DNA of 38,997 bases from contig JANLYC010000123.1 of the NCBI GenBank assembly GCA_031365435.1, positions 1-38,997 of the forward strand, in the 5' to 3' direction. The DNA comes from Nocardioidaceae bacterium (GTDB lineage: Bacteria; Actinomycetota; Actinomycetes; Propionibacteriales; Nocardioidaceae). Positions 7,638 to 15,354 of this stretch are shown here, one piece after another (position 1 is the first letter of the stretch; the number at the start of each line of letters is the position of its first letter). Position numbers and translations under genes: made by a program. The notes under the pieces were generated by a model. The model was not told where the DNA came from, made no database searches, and saw only the letters and a program-made list of their open reading frames with translations.

Positions 7638-7672
7638 CACGTGTCGGAGGCGCACGTGGGGAGGCTCACGTG
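7638..7672. promoter_or_regulatory. Array of three CACGTG palindromes (7638-7643, 7653-7658, 7667-7672) in the cphB/sixA-like divergent intergenic region
   Basis: The sequence reads gCCACGTGTCGGAGGCGCACGTGGGGAGGCTCACGTGCC. Centre-to-centre spacing is 15 and 14 bp. Boxes 1 and 2 also form a direct repeat CACGTG(T/G)(C)GGAGGC. Box 1 sits at about -31 to -36 relative to the cphB start. Confidence 0.45.
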
Positions 7673-7704
7673 CCCCTGTGGTGCGACCGGGGCAGGATGG
7701 GGCC

Positions 7705-8226
7705 ATGACCGGAACTTCAGGTAGCGCAGGCGACCCGGCCGCGCTGAACTTGCTCGTGATGCGCCACTCCAAGACCGAGCCGGCGGCCGAGACGGACCAT
7801 GTCCGCCGGCTCACCGAGCGTGGGCGTGCCGACGCAGCAGCCGCGGGGGCCTGGGTGGCGGCCTCTGGGCTGGCGCCCGGTGTCATCCTGGCCTCGACGG
7901 CGGCGCGGGCCGAAGAGACCGCCGAGCTGGTCGCGACGGTTGCGGGCGTGCGGCGGGTCGAGCTGATCGACGAGCTCTACGGCGCCGACGGCTACGAGAT
8001 CCTCGACATCGTCACCGCGCACGTACCGGACGAGCTGACCTCGGCGATGGTGGTGGGCCACAATCCGGCGATCGCACAGTTCGGGTTCCTGATCCAGGCT
8101 GACGGAGCCGCCGAGGTGCGTTTCCCCACGTCGGCGATCGGCGCGTTCGGTTTCGACGTCGAGTCGTGGGTCGACGTCGACGAGGGGCACGCCCGGCTGT
8201 TGGCGTCGTACGCACCGGGCGACTGA
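7705..8226 (+). CDS. Histidine phosphatase family protein (SixA-like phosphohistidine phosphatase)
   Basis: 173 aa from ATG 7705. RHS catalytic motif (LLVMRHSKTE), ERGRADA, and a second His motif VVGHNPA. The ORF-track start 7597 adds an Arg-rich non-coding-looking extension that overlaps the cphB start. Confidence 0.75.
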   Translation: MTGTSGSAGDPAALNLLVMRHSKTEPAAETDHVRRLTERGRADAAAAGAWVAASGLAPGVILASTAARAEETAELVATVAGVRRVELIDELYGADGYEILDIVTAHVPDELTSAMVVGHNPAIAQFGFLIQADGAAEVRFPTSAIGAFGFDVESWVDVDEGHARLLASYAPGD

Positions 8227-8248
8227 CGCTTCCACACACGCGACCGGC

Positions 8249-9472
8249 TCACGGCACCTCGGGGTGTGGCGTCGTGATGCCGTGCTCGGCATCGGCTGCC
8301 TCGATGTCCTCGCGGCTGATTCCGAGGAGGTAGAGAATCGCGTCGAGGTACGGCACGTTGACCGCGGTGTGCGCAGCCTGGCGGACCACCGGCTTGGCGT
8401 TGAACGCGATACCGAGCCCGGCAGCAGCCAGCATGTCGAGGTCGTTGGCGCCGTCGCCGATCGCGACCGTCCGGTCGAGGGTGACCTTGGAGTCCTTGGC
8501 GAAGTCGCGCAGCGCCTGCGCCTTGGCGGCCCGGTCGATGACTGGCCCCAGCAGCTCACCAGTCAGGTGACCGTCGACGATCTCGAGCCGGTTGGCGCGT
8601 GCATAGTCGATGTCGAGGTCGGCCGCGATGCGCTCGATCAGCTGGGTGAACCCACCGCTGACGATGCCGAAGCGGTAACCCAGTCGCTTCAACGTACGGA
8701 CCAGGGTGCGCGCGCCGGGGGCCAGCTCCATCTCGTCGTACACGTCGTCGATGACCGTGGCAGGGAGGCCTTTGAGCATGCTGACGCGTCGTCGCAGTGA
8801 CGACTCGAAGTCCAGGTCGCCGGCCATCGCGGCCGCCGTGATCGCCTGCACGTCGGCAGCCACTCCGGCCCGACTGGCCAGCATGTCGACCACTTCACCC
8901 TGTACGAGCGTCGAGTCGACGTCCATGACGACGAGCCGTCGCCCGTGCCGGAGGAGCCCGACGTTCTGGACGGCGACGTCGACCTTCTGTCGCGCGGCCT
9001 CACGTGCCAGCACTTCGCGCAATCGCCCGATCTCGGCGCCCGAGACGTTGAACTCGATGGCCGTCACCGGGTAGCGGGCCATCCGCACGATCCGGTCGAT
9101 GTTGGCGCCCGTGTCGGCGATCCGCCCCGTGATCGCGGCAACTGTGCCGGGTCGCAGCGGCCGCCCGAGCAGGGTGACATGCGCTCGACCGTCGCGGCGT
9201 GGCGTGTTGTCGCCCTCGCCGCTGACGATCTCGATCTCCATCCCGAGGTCTGCTGCGGTCCCCTCGGCTGCCTGACGCAGGCGACGAAGATCGCGCGGCG
9301 CCGTCACCAGGATGCCGAGGATCAGCCGACCGCGCAGCACGATCTGCTCGATGTCGAGCACCTCGACACGCGACTGGGACAAGGTCTCGAACATCGCGGC
9401 GGTGACTCCGGGCCGATCGTGGCCCAGCAGGGTGATGAGGATCGTTCCCGCAGGTTCGGACGTCTCGCTCAT
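8249..9472 (-). CDS. serB: Phosphoserine phosphatase SerB with N-terminal tandem ACT domains (SerB2 type)
   Basis: 407 aa. ACT-like N-terminus (ILITLLGHDRPGVTAAMF). HAD motifs are DVDSTL (motif I), SGGF, and GDGANDLDM (motif IV). Confidence 0.9.
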   Translation of the reverse strand: MSETSEPAGTILITLLGHDRPGVTAAMFETLSQSRVEVLDIEQIVLRGRLILGILVTAPRDLRRLRQAAEGTAADLGMEIEIVSGEGDNTPRRDGRAHVTLLGRPLRPGTVAAITGRIADTGANIDRIVRMARYPVTAIEFNVSGAEIGRLREVLAREAARQKVDVAVQNVGLLRHGRRLVVMDVDSTLVQGEVVDMLASRAGVAADVQAITAAAMAGDLDFESSLRRRVSMLKGLPATVIDDVYDEMELAPGARTLVRTLKRLGYRFGIVSGGFTQLIERIAADLDIDYARANRLEIVDGHLTGELLGPVIDRAAKAQALRDFAKDSKVTLDRTVAIGDGANDLDMLAAAGLGIAFNAKPVVRQAAHTAVNVPYLDAILYLLGISREDIEAADAEHGITTPHPEVP

Positions 9473-9484
9473 GGCGCGATCACC

Positions 9485-10219
9485 CTACTTGCCGTCGAGC
9501 GACGAGCAGGCCGCCACGATCGCGGCGCGAGACGCCCGCTGCAGCGGGAGCAGCGCATCGCGGCGACGTTCGGCCTCCCACGTGGACACAGCGCCGCCGT
9601 CACCGTCGGCAAGCGCCAGCTCGACGATGTGCTCGCTGCGCAGCCCGCTGACGGCCGTGCGCGCCGCCTCCCCGGTCGGGAAGCTCATGGGGGCGTCGAG
9701 TCGAGCGGGCTGACGCAGGTTCATCAGCGCATCGGCCACGTCGGGGTTCCAGGAAGCCACGTCGAGCTCGGCCAGGGTGTTGGCCGCAAGCGTGAGCGCG
9801 CTGCGCAGTGCCCTGTCTGCATCGGCGACCCCCGGCAGGAACCTCGGCGGAGTCGCCGTTCCAGCTTCCCAGCGCGTCGAGCGGCCCGTGGTACGGGGGA
9901 TGAGACCGACCTCGGCCCCCCAGAGCACCAAAGCTTCACCGACATCGAGGGCGTCGGCGTTGAAACGCGGTGGGCCTCCCAGGCCGAGCGGGTCACCCGG
10001 GCTCGGCAGCGCCGCCGTGACCTGTTGGACATGGTGCCGGCGCAGCTCCCCCAGCAGGAGCGCGGGAGACAGACCCGGCGCGTCGTGTCCGAACACGACG
10101 AACTCCATGTGCGCTTGCTCGCCGAGGATGCCCGTGATCACCGCGTCGGCGCTCTCGCGACCGGTGATCCAGGCGTTGAGCCAGCACGCCGTGCGGGCGG
10201 CATGAGGAACGGCGAACAC
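9485..10219 (-). CDS. Conserved hypothetical protein
   Basis: The ORF has strong GC3 bias and a normal amino-acid composition, whereas the overlapping plus-strand frame is Arg-rich junk. The ORF-track start 10225 is TTG. GTG 10219 lies exactly 6 nt after TAGGCT. No family recognised. Confidence 0.6.
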   Translation of the reverse strand: MFAVPHAARTACWLNAWITGRESADAVITGILGEQAHMEFVVFGHDAPGLSPALLLGELRRHHVQQVTAALPSPGDPLGLGGPPRFNADALDVGEALVLWGAEVGLIPRTTGRSTRWEAGTATPPRFLPGVADADRALRSALTLAANTLAELDVASWNPDVADALMNLRQPARLDAPMSFPTGEAARTAVSGLRSEHIVELALADGDGGAVSTWEAERRRDALLPLQRASRAAIVAACSSLDGK

Positions 10220-10225
10220 GGGCAA

Positions 10226-10231
10226 AGCCTA
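10226..10231 (-). promoter_or_regulatory. Putative -10 hexamer TAGGCT, 6 nt upstream of GTG 10219
   Basis: The minus strand reads TAGGCT-TTGCCC-GTG, a TANNNT hexamer at leaderless spacing. Confidence 0.35.
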
Positions 10232-10378
10232 CGAGAGCACCGCGGCCACGACGCGCTGCCGCCGCCGTGTGGAAGCCCTTGCAATAGGTTGGGACCGTTG
10301 ATCAGACTCTTCTGGACCATCCCAGACCTACCCGCACCACCGCAGACAGACCCGTTCCGCCACGAGACAAGGAGTGCG

Positions 10379-11179
10379 ATGCCAGCGGTCATCGAACTGG
10401 CTGACGTGTCGGTCATCCGTGGCAGCAATCGACTCCTCAGCCACGTGACATGGCGGGTCGAGGCCGACGAGCGGTGGGTCGTCATCGGTCCGAACGGAGC
10501 CGGCAAGACCACGCTCCTGCAGGTCCTCAGCACCCACCTGTACCCCACCGAGGGTGTCGTAGGCATCCTCGACGAGGTGATCGGCACGGTCGACGTGTTC
10601 GAGCTTCGTCCGCGCATCGGGCTGACCAGCGCGGCGCTCGGTGAACGCATCCCACGCGACGAGCGTGTCGGTGACGTCGTCGTCTCGGCGTCGTACGCCG
10701 TCTTGGGCCGGTGGCGGGAGGCCTACGAGGACCTCGACCACCGGCGGGCAGCCGAGCTCCTCGAGGAGGTCGGGGTCAGCCACCTGAAGGACCGCACGTT
10801 CGGCACGCTGAGCGAGGGGGAGCGCAAGCGCGTGCAGATCGCTCGCGCACTCATGACCGACCCGGAGCTGTTGCTGCTCGACGAACCCGCTGCCGGTCTC
10901 GACCTCGGCGGCCGCGAGGATCTGGTGAGCACGTTGTCGGTGCTGGCGCTCGACCCGAGCTCGCCCGCGACGGTGCTCGTCAGCCACCACGTCGAGGAGA
11001 TCCCGCCGGGATTCACTCATGTGCTCCTGCTGAAGGAGGGTGTGGTCGTGGCCGCCGGACCGATCCCCGAGACCCTGACGGAAGAGGCCCTTACCGAGAC
11101 CTTCGGACTCGCGCTCGAGCTCACCAGGTCCGACGGCCGTTACAGCGCGCGGCGGAAGACCGGGTCACACCGCAGATGA
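10379..11179 (+). CDS. ABC transporter ATP-binding protein (stand-alone ATPase, no adjacent permease gene)
   Basis: 266 aa from ATG 10379, with AAGGAG 5 nt upstream. Walker A GPNGAGKTT, signature LSEGERKRV, Walker B LLLLDEPAAGLD, and H-loop SHHVEE. The 5' 1.4 kb of the 744-aa track ORF is antisense to serB and the hypothetical gene and is rejected. Confidence 0.88.
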   Translation: MPAVIELADVSVIRGSNRLLSHVTWRVEADERWVVIGPNGAGKTTLLQVLSTHLYPTEGVVGILDEVIGTVDVFELRPRIGLTSAALGERIPRDERVGDVVVSASYAVLGRWREAYEDLDHRRAAELLEEVGVSHLKDRTFGTLSEGERKRVQIARALMTDPELLLLDEPAAGLDLGGREDLVSTLSVLALDPSSPATVLVSHHVEEIPPGFTHVLLLKEGVVVAAGPIPETLTEEALTETFGLALELTRSDGRYSARRKTGSHRR

Positions 11180-11215
11180 ACGACGACGATTCCGGTCTCC
11201 GCTGGGGCTGAACGG

Positions 11216-11221
11216 TAGGCT
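11216..11221 (+). promoter_or_regulatory. Putative -10 hexamer TAGGCT, 6 nt upstream of the nfeD-like ATG
   Basis: TAGGCT-CGGTGC-ATG. Confidence 0.4.
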
Positions 11222-11227
11222 CGGTGC

Positions 11228-11674
11228 ATGAACTGGCTCGACAACCACCAGTGGGAGGCGTGGCTGATCGCCGCGCTGCTGCTGTCCGGGGCCGAGCTCG
11301 CGACGCTCGACCTCACGCTGCTGATGATGGGGATCGGGGCGGCAGCTGCAGCCCTGATCGCGGGGCTCGGTTTCAACGTCGTCGTCCAGGTGCTCGGGGC
11401 GGTCGTGGTGGCGGTTGCGCTGCTGGGCTTCGTACGTCCGAACATCGTCCGCCGGATGCACGCAGGTCCGACCCTGCAGAACGGTCCTGAAGCTCTCGTG
11501 GGGCGGAGTGGCCTCGTGCTCGAGCGGGTGACGGCGCACGCCGGCCGGGTGAAGCTGCGTGGTGAGGTGTGGTCGGCCCGGACTTTCGACGAGTCCGTGG
11601 TGGTGGAGCCGGGGGAGAAGGTCGGAGTCGCGCAGATCGACGGCGCCACGGCAGTCGTCTACCCCATCCAGTAG
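11228..11674 (+). CDS. NfeD-family membrane protein (OB-fold C-terminal domain)
   Basis: 148 aa. Three hydrophobic helices are followed by GRSGLVLERV....GRVKLRGEVWSAR....GEKVGVAQIDGATAVV, typical of the NfeD C-terminus. It lies immediately upstream of a stomatin gene, the classic pairing. Confidence 0.8.
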   Translation: MNWLDNHQWEAWLIAALLLSGAELATLDLTLLMMGIGAAAAALIAGLGFNVVVQVLGAVVVAVALLGFVRPNIVRRMHAGPTLQNGPEALVGRSGLVLERVTAHAGRVKLRGEVWSARTFDESVVVEPGEKVGVAQIDGATAVVYPIQ

Positions 11675-11793
11675 CGCCCGTCAGGAGCACCCGGTCGGGG
11701 AGTCCGGATGGCTCCTCAGTCGTGACATCGTGAGAGGGTGGCATCCCACCAGGTCTTGACGCCTGGTCGAGCGTCCCAGAGGGGGTCGGGTCC

Positions 11794-12927
11794 ATGGTTC
11801 TGCTGATCGTCCTTGGCATCGTGTTGGTGCTGGCGGCCGGAGTTCTGTTCAAGACGGTGCGGATCGTGCCGCAGGCGCGCGCCGGCATCGTCGAGCGGTT
11901 CGGCAAGTACCGGACCACCCTGTCGGCCGGCCTCAACATCGTGACGCCCTTCGTCGACCGGGTGCGCTACCTCATCGACCTCCGTGAGCAGGTCGTGTCG
12001 TTCCCGCCGCAGCCCGTCATCACCGAGGACAACCTCGTGGTCTCGATCGACACCGTCATCTACTTCCAGGTGACCAACCCGGTGGCTGCGACCTACGAGA
12101 TCGCCAACTACATCCAGGCGATCGAGCAGCTGACCATGACCACCCTGCGCAACATCACCGGTGGCATGGACCTCGAACAGGCGCTGACCAGCCGCGACGA
12201 CATCAACAACGCCCTGCGCGGAGTCCTTGACGAGGCCACGGGCAAATGGGGGATCCGCGTCAACCGGGTCGAGCTCAAGGGCATCGACCCGCCGCCGTCC
12301 ATCAAGGACTCGATGGAGAAGCAGATGCGCGCGGACCGCGACAAGCGCGCTGCAATCCTCACCGCCGAGGGCATGCGGCAGGCCGCGATCCTCACTGCCG
12401 AAGGGCAGAAGCAGTCCGCGATCCTGACAGCCGAAGGTGACCGCGAAGCGCTGATCCTGCGGGCGCAAGGTGATCGGCAGTCGCGCATCCTGCGTGCGCA
12501 AGGTGAAGGTCAGGCGATCCTCACCGTGTTCCAGTCGATCCACGACGGGTCGCCCGACCAGGCCCTGCTGGCCTACCAGTACCTGCAGATGCTGCCGAAG
12601 ATCGCCGAGGGTGACGCCAACAAGGTGTGGATCGTGCCGAGCGAGATCGGTCGCGCCCTCGAAGGACTGGGCAGCACGATCGGTTCGATCCAGGGCATCC
12701 CGACGGACAGCAAGGGTCCACGGCAACGCGTCGACTACGGCGACCCGGTCGAGGTGGATGCCGACCGTGGTGCCGGCGACGACTCGGCGCTCTCGTCGGC
12801 CCAGGAGGAAGTGGCCGAGGCGATCGCCCTCGCCGAGGAGGCCGCGAACCCGGTCCGGTCCTCCCGCGAGCCGGCTTCGTCTGCCGCAGTCGAGGACGAG
12901 CCGCCGGCAGTCCCGCCGGGGCAGTGA
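11794..12927 (+). CDS. SPFH/band-7 (stomatin-like) membrane protein
   Basis: 377 aa. N-terminal TM helix, then the SPFH core (VRIVPQARAGIVERFGKY, VSFPPQPVITEDNL, IYFQVTNP, TLRNITGGMDLEQALTSRD, WGIRVNRVELKGIDPP). A coiled-coil region carries five 11-aa repeats, followed by an acidic/Pro tail. Confidence 0.9.
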   Translation: MVLLIVLGIVLVLAAGVLFKTVRIVPQARAGIVERFGKYRTTLSAGLNIVTPFVDRVRYLIDLREQVVSFPPQPVITEDNLVVSIDTVIYFQVTNPVAATYEIANYIQAIEQLTMTTLRNITGGMDLEQALTSRDDINNALRGVLDEATGKWGIRVNRVELKGIDPPPSIKDSMEKQMRADRDKRAAILTAEGMRQAAILTAEGQKQSAILTAEGDREALILRAQGDRQSRILRAQGEGQAILTVFQSIHDGSPDQALLAYQYLQMLPKIAEGDANKVWIVPSEIGRALEGLGSTIGSIQGIPTDSKGPRQRVDYGDPVEVDADRGAGDDSALSSAQEEVAEAIALAEEAANPVRSSREPASSAAVEDEPPAVPPGQ

Positions 12928-13679
12928 CGCTGCTCCAGGGTCTGGCTCTGTTCGCTGCCGGCATCGCCGCCGGAGGCATCAACACCATTGTCGGGTCGGG
13001 CACGCTCGTGACGTTCCCGACCCTGCTGGCCATCGGCTACCCGCCGGTGCTCGCGAACGTGTCGAACACCGTGGGGCTGGTGCCCGGCTCGCTGTCCGGC
13101 GCGATCGGATACCGACGCGAGCTCGCCGGTCAGCGGGCTCGACTGATCCGGCTCGGTGCCGCGTCGCTGCTCGGCGGTCTGACCGGCGCGCTCCTGCTGC
13201 TCAAGCTCCCCGCCGCCGCGTTCGATGCGATCGTCCCCGTTCTCATCGGCCTCGGCTGCGTGCTGGTGATCGCCCAGCCGTGGGTGTCGCGCCACGTCCG
13301 GCCGCCGGTCGAGGCTCCACCCCACGGCTCGTCGGTCGTGCTGGTCCTCGTGTATGCCGCCGGCATCTACGGTGGGTACTTCGGGGCGGCTCAGGGCGTG
13401 CTGCTCATTGCCATCCTGGGTCTTGGCCTGGCGGAGTCCCTGCAGCGCATCAATGCCGCCAAGAACATCCTCGCGATGCTCGTCAACGGGGTCGCCGCCC
13501 TCGTGTTCATCACGATCTCGCAGGTCTCGTGGAAGGCCGCGGGCATCATCGCGGCCGGGTCGGTCATCGGCGGACAGATAGGCGCGACGGTGGGGCGGCG
13601 GCTGCCGCCGGTCGTGTTCCGGGGCTTCGTCGCGATCGTCGGGGTGGTCGCGATCGTCAAGCTCGTCTTCTTCGACTGA
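12924..13679 (+). CDS. TauE/SafE-family (sulfite exporter-like) membrane protein
   Basis: 251 aa from GTG 12924, which overlaps the stomatin stop (GTGA). Polytopic, with family-like motifs GIAAGGINTIVGSGT and GIYGGYFGAAQGVL. The 5' part of the track ORF (12627-) is Arg-rich overlap with the stomatin gene. Confidence 0.75.
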   Translation: MTLLQGLALFAAGIAAGGINTIVGSGTLVTFPTLLAIGYPPVLANVSNTVGLVPGSLSGAIGYRRELAGQRARLIRLGAASLLGGLTGALLLLKLPAAAFDAIVPVLIGLGCVLVIAQPWVSRHVRPPVEAPPHGSSVVLVLVYAAGIYGGYFGAAQGVLLIAILGLGLAESLQRINAAKNILAMLVNGVAALVFITISQVSWKAAGIIAAGSVIGGQIGATVGRRLPPVVFRGFVAIVGVVAIVKLVFFD

Positions 13680-13715
13680 GTCGGCGACGACCTCGCGGAC
13701 TCGGCGCGTGCCGCG

Positions 13716-14696
13716 TCAGTCGAGCACGTAGCCGAGCCACTGCTTGATCTCGCCGAACGCGGCGTCGCGCACGTCCTTGCGGGAGCAGAGCACGTCGTGC
13801 ATGGCGTCCTCGATCCGGATCACCGTCACCTGCGTCCCGAGCTGGTGCGACCACTTGGCGATCTGCTTGACGTCGAGGACCGTGTCGGACCGGGTGGCCT
13901 GCTCCGACCACGCCTGCGGCACCATGCTGGCCGCCGAGCACAGACTGAGCACAGGTGCTCCGACGTCGATACCACGGTGCACACGCCGATGCCCGAGCCG
14001 CACCGCGCGGAGCCAGCCGGCGCGCACCGGGAACGACTCCTTGGGTTTCCACGCCAGGTCGAAGTCCCACTCTCCCCGCAGGCTCCGGTGCATCGTCTCG
14101 ACGTACACCCCGCTGACATTGCGGGGGACGACTGCGTACGGCCGCCGCTGTCCGAGCCGATTGATGGCCTCGGTGCCGGCCGTGCGGAGGAAGAACGATC
14201 CCTGGAGGTCGAGCCACGGGCTGTTCAGCACCATGGCAGCTGCCACCCGCCGCCCTTGAGCGAGACGGTCGGCAGCCCACAGCGAGGTGATGAGGCCGCC
14301 GGTCGAGTGCCCGCTGATGATCACTCGCCCGTGGCCGTCCCGGTCGCTGATCAGCCGCAGGGACTCGTCGAGCTCGGGGTAGTACTCCGTGAGGTCCAGG
14401 CAGAAGTTGGGCGTCTGGTGCGGACGCAGGGAGCGACCGTACTTGCGCAGGTCGAGTGCGTAGAAGTCGTAGCCCTCGGCCGTGAAGAACTCGGCCGTCG
14501 CGGTCTGAAAGAAGTAGTCGCAGAACCCGTGGACGTGCAGCACCGCGCCGAGGCGTTTCGGGCGGTCGCTGCGGCGTCGGACCAAGGTGGCCTCCACCGG
14601 TCCCTCGGCGTCGTCGCCCAGCACGAGGGTTTCGCGCGTGTAGGGCGCGCCGAGGACGTCCGTGGCCGGGTCCGGGGGTTGCGTCGACGCGGTCAT
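13716..14696 (-). CDS. Alpha/beta hydrolase (lysophospholipase / monoacylglycerol-lipase-like)
   Basis: 326 aa from ATG 14696 (MTASTQPP...). HG oxyanion motif LHVHGF, nucleophile elbow GHSTGG, and a late conserved His (EDAMHDV). The track start 14894 overlaps the upstream gene. Confidence 0.8.
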   Translation of the reverse strand: MTASTQPPDPATDVLGAPYTRETLVLGDDAEGPVEATLVRRRSDRPKRLGAVLHVHGFCDYFFQTATAEFFTAEGYDFYALDLRKYGRSLRPHQTPNFCLDLTEYYPELDESLRLISDRDGHGRVIISGHSTGGLITSLWAADRLAQGRRVAAAMVLNSPWLDLQGSFFLRTAGTEAINRLGQRRPYAVVPRNVSGVYVETMHRSLRGEWDFDLAWKPKESFPVRAGWLRAVRLGHRRVHRGIDVGAPVLSLCSAASMVPQAWSEQATRSDTVLDVKQIAKWSHQLGTQVTVIRIEDAMHDVLCSRKDVRDAAFGEIKQWLGYVLD

Positions 14697-14724
14697 GCAC
14701 CCAGTCTGCCAAGTCGTTGCGGCG

Positions 14725-15246
14725 TCAGTGCTGGTATGTGCCCACGATCTGGGCGCGACCGAGCGTCTTGAACGCGAGGTTGAAGGACACCACGGCGGGG
14801 GAGGCGTCCTTGTCCATGCCCAGCGAGTCCTCTCCCACCGCGTGCACGACGAAGTAGTAGCGGTGCACGTGGTCTCCCTCGGGCGGCGCCGCACCCATGA
14901 AGCCGTGCTCGCCGCCGTCGTTGCGGATGTGGAAGGCCCTCGAGGGCAGACCGTCGCTCACGGCGCCGGTTGCAAGCTCGGTGACCTCGGCGGGGATGTC
15001 GACGACCAGCCAATGCCAGAAACCGGAGGGCGTCGGTGCGTCGGGGTCGAAGCAGGTGACGACGAAGCTCTTGGTTCCGTCGGGAAACCCGCTCCAGGAC
15101 AGCTGCGGGGAGGTGTTGCCCTGATCAGCCACCTGGTCGTCGGACAGCGGCTGGCCGTCGCGGACATCCGTGCTCGTGACGGTGAAGCCCGGGACGGGCG
15201 GCAGCTTGGCGTAGGGGTCTTCGGCAATGGGTCGGTCAAGGCTCAT
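14725..15246 (-). CDS. YbhB/YbcL-family PEBP (Raf-kinase-inhibitor-like) protein
   Basis: 173 aa from ATG 15246. Family motifs are FDPDAPT.SGFWHW, GAAPP.G...HRY.F.V.A. The 448-aa track ORF is an over-extension antisense to cysG. Confidence 0.8.
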   Translation of the reverse strand: MSLDRPIAEDPYAKLPPVPGFTVTSTDVRDGQPLSDDQVADQGNTSPQLSWSGFPDGTKSFVVTCFDPDAPTPSGFWHWLVVDIPAEVTELATGAVSDGLPSRAFHIRNDGGEHGFMGAAPPEGDHVHRYYFVVHAVGEDSLGMDKDASPAVVSFNLAFKTLGRAQIVGTYQH

Positions 15247-15342
15247 GTCTCCATCTTGACGCGGCATCGAGATCAGGCAACTCGTCGGGTCGTTGACCGA
15301 TCCGTCAGATGAGACGCCTCCCGACGAGCCGGACCTGAGTCC

Positions 15343-15348
15343 TAGCGT
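15343..15348 (+). promoter_or_regulatory. Putative -10 hexamer TAGCGT, 6 nt upstream of the cysG-like ATG
   Basis: TAGCGT-GGGCCA-ATG. Confidence 0.4.
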
Positions 15349-15354
15349 GGGCCA

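Noticed and set aside
9482-9487. TAGGGT upstream of the serB ATG as another leaderless -10
   Set aside because: The spacer is 9 nt, longer than the 6-8 nt seen elsewhere. The TAG is the stop codon of the upstream hypothetical gene, only 12 nt away. Co-transcription with that gene is the simpler reading.
8945-10378. N-terminal 478 aa of the 744-aa plus-strand ORF
   Set aside because: Only the last 266 aa form an ABC ATPase, with their own SD and ATG at 10379. The upstream part is antisense to serB and the hypothetical gene and is Arg-rich.
12682-12691. GGTTCGATCC, resembling a tRNA T-arm/T-loop
   Set aside because: It lies inside the stomatin coding frame (GSIQGI). No acceptor, D or anticodon arms can be folded around it. 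I found no tRNA in the window.
12470-13747. 425-aa plus-strand ORF spanning the stomatin 3' end and the TauE gene
   Set aside because: The translation is extremely Arg/Pro/Ala-rich. It is out of frame with two genes that have convincing membrane-protein and SPFH sequence.
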